Assembly: GCA_963843645.1 (NCBI GenBank)
Contig: CAWJLE010000007.1
Location: 36,125 to 100,124 of the forward strand
Length of the DNA: 64,000 nt
DNA from: an uncultured Chloroflexia bacterium
GTDB lineage: Bacteria > Chloroflexota > Anaerolineae > DAOTYC01
Direction of reading: 5' to 3'
Part shown: positions 63,139 through 64,000 of the stretch, piece by piece
Layout: each line of letters begins with the position of its first letter
Position numbering within the stretch: position 1 is the stretch's first letter
The notes under the pieces: generated by a model
Seen by the model: the letters and a program-made list of their open reading frames with translations, nothing else
What the model was told of the DNA's origin: nothing
Databases searched by the model: none
Translations under genes and position numbers: made by a program

Positions 63139-63750
63139 ATGAATCTTCTGGGCATCGGGCCTGGGGAACTGGTCCTGATTCTCATCATCGCGGTCATCGT
63201 CCTCGGGCCTGACAAGATTCCGGAAACGATGAGAACGATTGGTAAGACGATGCGCGAAATCCGCGCGATTACCGAGGGTTTTCAGAAAGAACTGAACAAA
63301 GAGCTGGCCGAGGTGACCAAAGAGCCGCCGGCGAAACCTGCCCCGGCTGAGACCGCGCCGGCGTCGACGTCGACTGAGACGCCGAGCGAGCAGCCGGCCG
63401 CCGCCAGTGCGGAGTTGCCGCCCCCCTACGACGGCATCGAAACGCCGCCCGTCCAGTACGCGCCGGAAGACGGCGCGGGGCAAGAACCGGCGCCGCCGAA
63501 TGGGGCTGACCCGGCCCCCGAAGCCGGCGAGAAGGTCGAAGGGCCGCTGCCGGCCGACGCCGGTCCGGCGATCGCTGAAGCCGCCCAGTCCGCCCCGGCA
63601 ATCGAGCCGGTCGCGGAGGCGAACGTGGAGGAGAAACCCGCACCGAAGGATGGAGCCAACCTGCCGTCGGCGGTCCTGGCAGAGCCAGACGCCGTCGAAT
63701 CGGCTGCTCCAGTGACTACGGACGGGCATAATGGGCGGAATGACAGTTAG
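63139..63750 (+). CDS. tatB: Tat translocase subunit TatB/TatA with P/A/E-rich tail
   Basis: GIGPGELVLILIIAVIVLGPDKIPE..R.IG. Confidence 0.85.
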   Translation: MNLLGIGPGELVLILIIAVIVLGPDKIPETMRTIGKTMREIRAITEGFQKELNKELAEVTKEPPAKPAPAETAPASTSTETPSEQPAAASAELPPPYDGIETPPVQYAPEDGAGQEPAPPNGADPAPEAGEKVEGPLPADAGPAIAEAAQSAPAIEPVAEANVEEKPAPKDGANLPSAVLAEPDAVESAAPVTTDGHNGRNDS

Positions 63751-63797
63751 CGCGACACGAGCGCGTCGCTTTGTGTACGTAACGGAGAGTAACCCGT

Positions 63798-64000
63798 ATG
63801 GCTGCTGATGCAAAACAAACATTAGACGAAATCACCAGAATGACCATTATGGAGCACCTGACTGAGCTGCGAGAGCGACTGATCAAGTCCGTCGTGGCTC
63901 TCCTGGGCGGCACGGTGGTCAGCATGGCCTTCACCACGCAATTCTTGAAGATTCTCATTGCTCCGATGGGCGACCGGCATCCTATCTCGCTGCGGCCCAC
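63798..64000 (+). CDS. tatC: Tat translocase subunit TatC, N-terminal part
   Basis: Hand translation MAADAKQTLDEITRMTIMEHLTELRERLIKSVVALL (HL.ELR.R motif). Confidence 0.9.
   Translation, partial: MAADAKQTLDEITRMTIMEHLTELRERLIKSVVALLGGTVVSMAFTTQFLKILIAPMGDRHPISLRP

Overview
GC-rich chromosomal segment, most likely from a Chloroflexota (Anaerolineae-like) bacterium (inferred from gene content and repeat families). Many essential genes (tyrS, ileS, miaA, tkt, fabD, fabG, fabK) carry 1-bp frameshifts, which points to an unpolished long-read assembly rather than real pseudogenes. Contents in order: a ROK-regulated PotABCD-type ABC operon with an IolM-like dehydrogenase and a DegT-type aminotransferase (probable aminocyclitol use); surface Ig/TolB proteins; csp, sppA, tyrS; alaS - FtsA-like - baseplate-J-like - ruvX - mltG; acpP followed by a 6S-like RNA; a ferredoxin-fused geranylgeranyl reductase; miaA; an Ile T-box controlling alaX and a GIHH-motif type-2 ileS; dksA-lspA-rluD; tkt; an ECF/anti-sigma pair; a liv-type ABC transporter with a racemase-like PLP enzyme and ortAB; ClC; and yceD-rpmF-fabK-fabD-fabG-asp23-nusB-tatB-tatC. 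At least five REP/MITE-like palindrome families fill the intergenic space. The top candidate novelty is absent from, or truncated in, the ORF track. It is a two-gene unit at 35196-35674 with its own promoter, encoding two small paralogous two-helix membrane proteins. Each has a strong RBS, an in-frame TGA at the equivalent position (U-I-x-A-x-M-x-G-V ... G-x-x-x-H) and a SECIS-like hairpin just downstream, so they may be an undescribed small membrane selenoprotein family.
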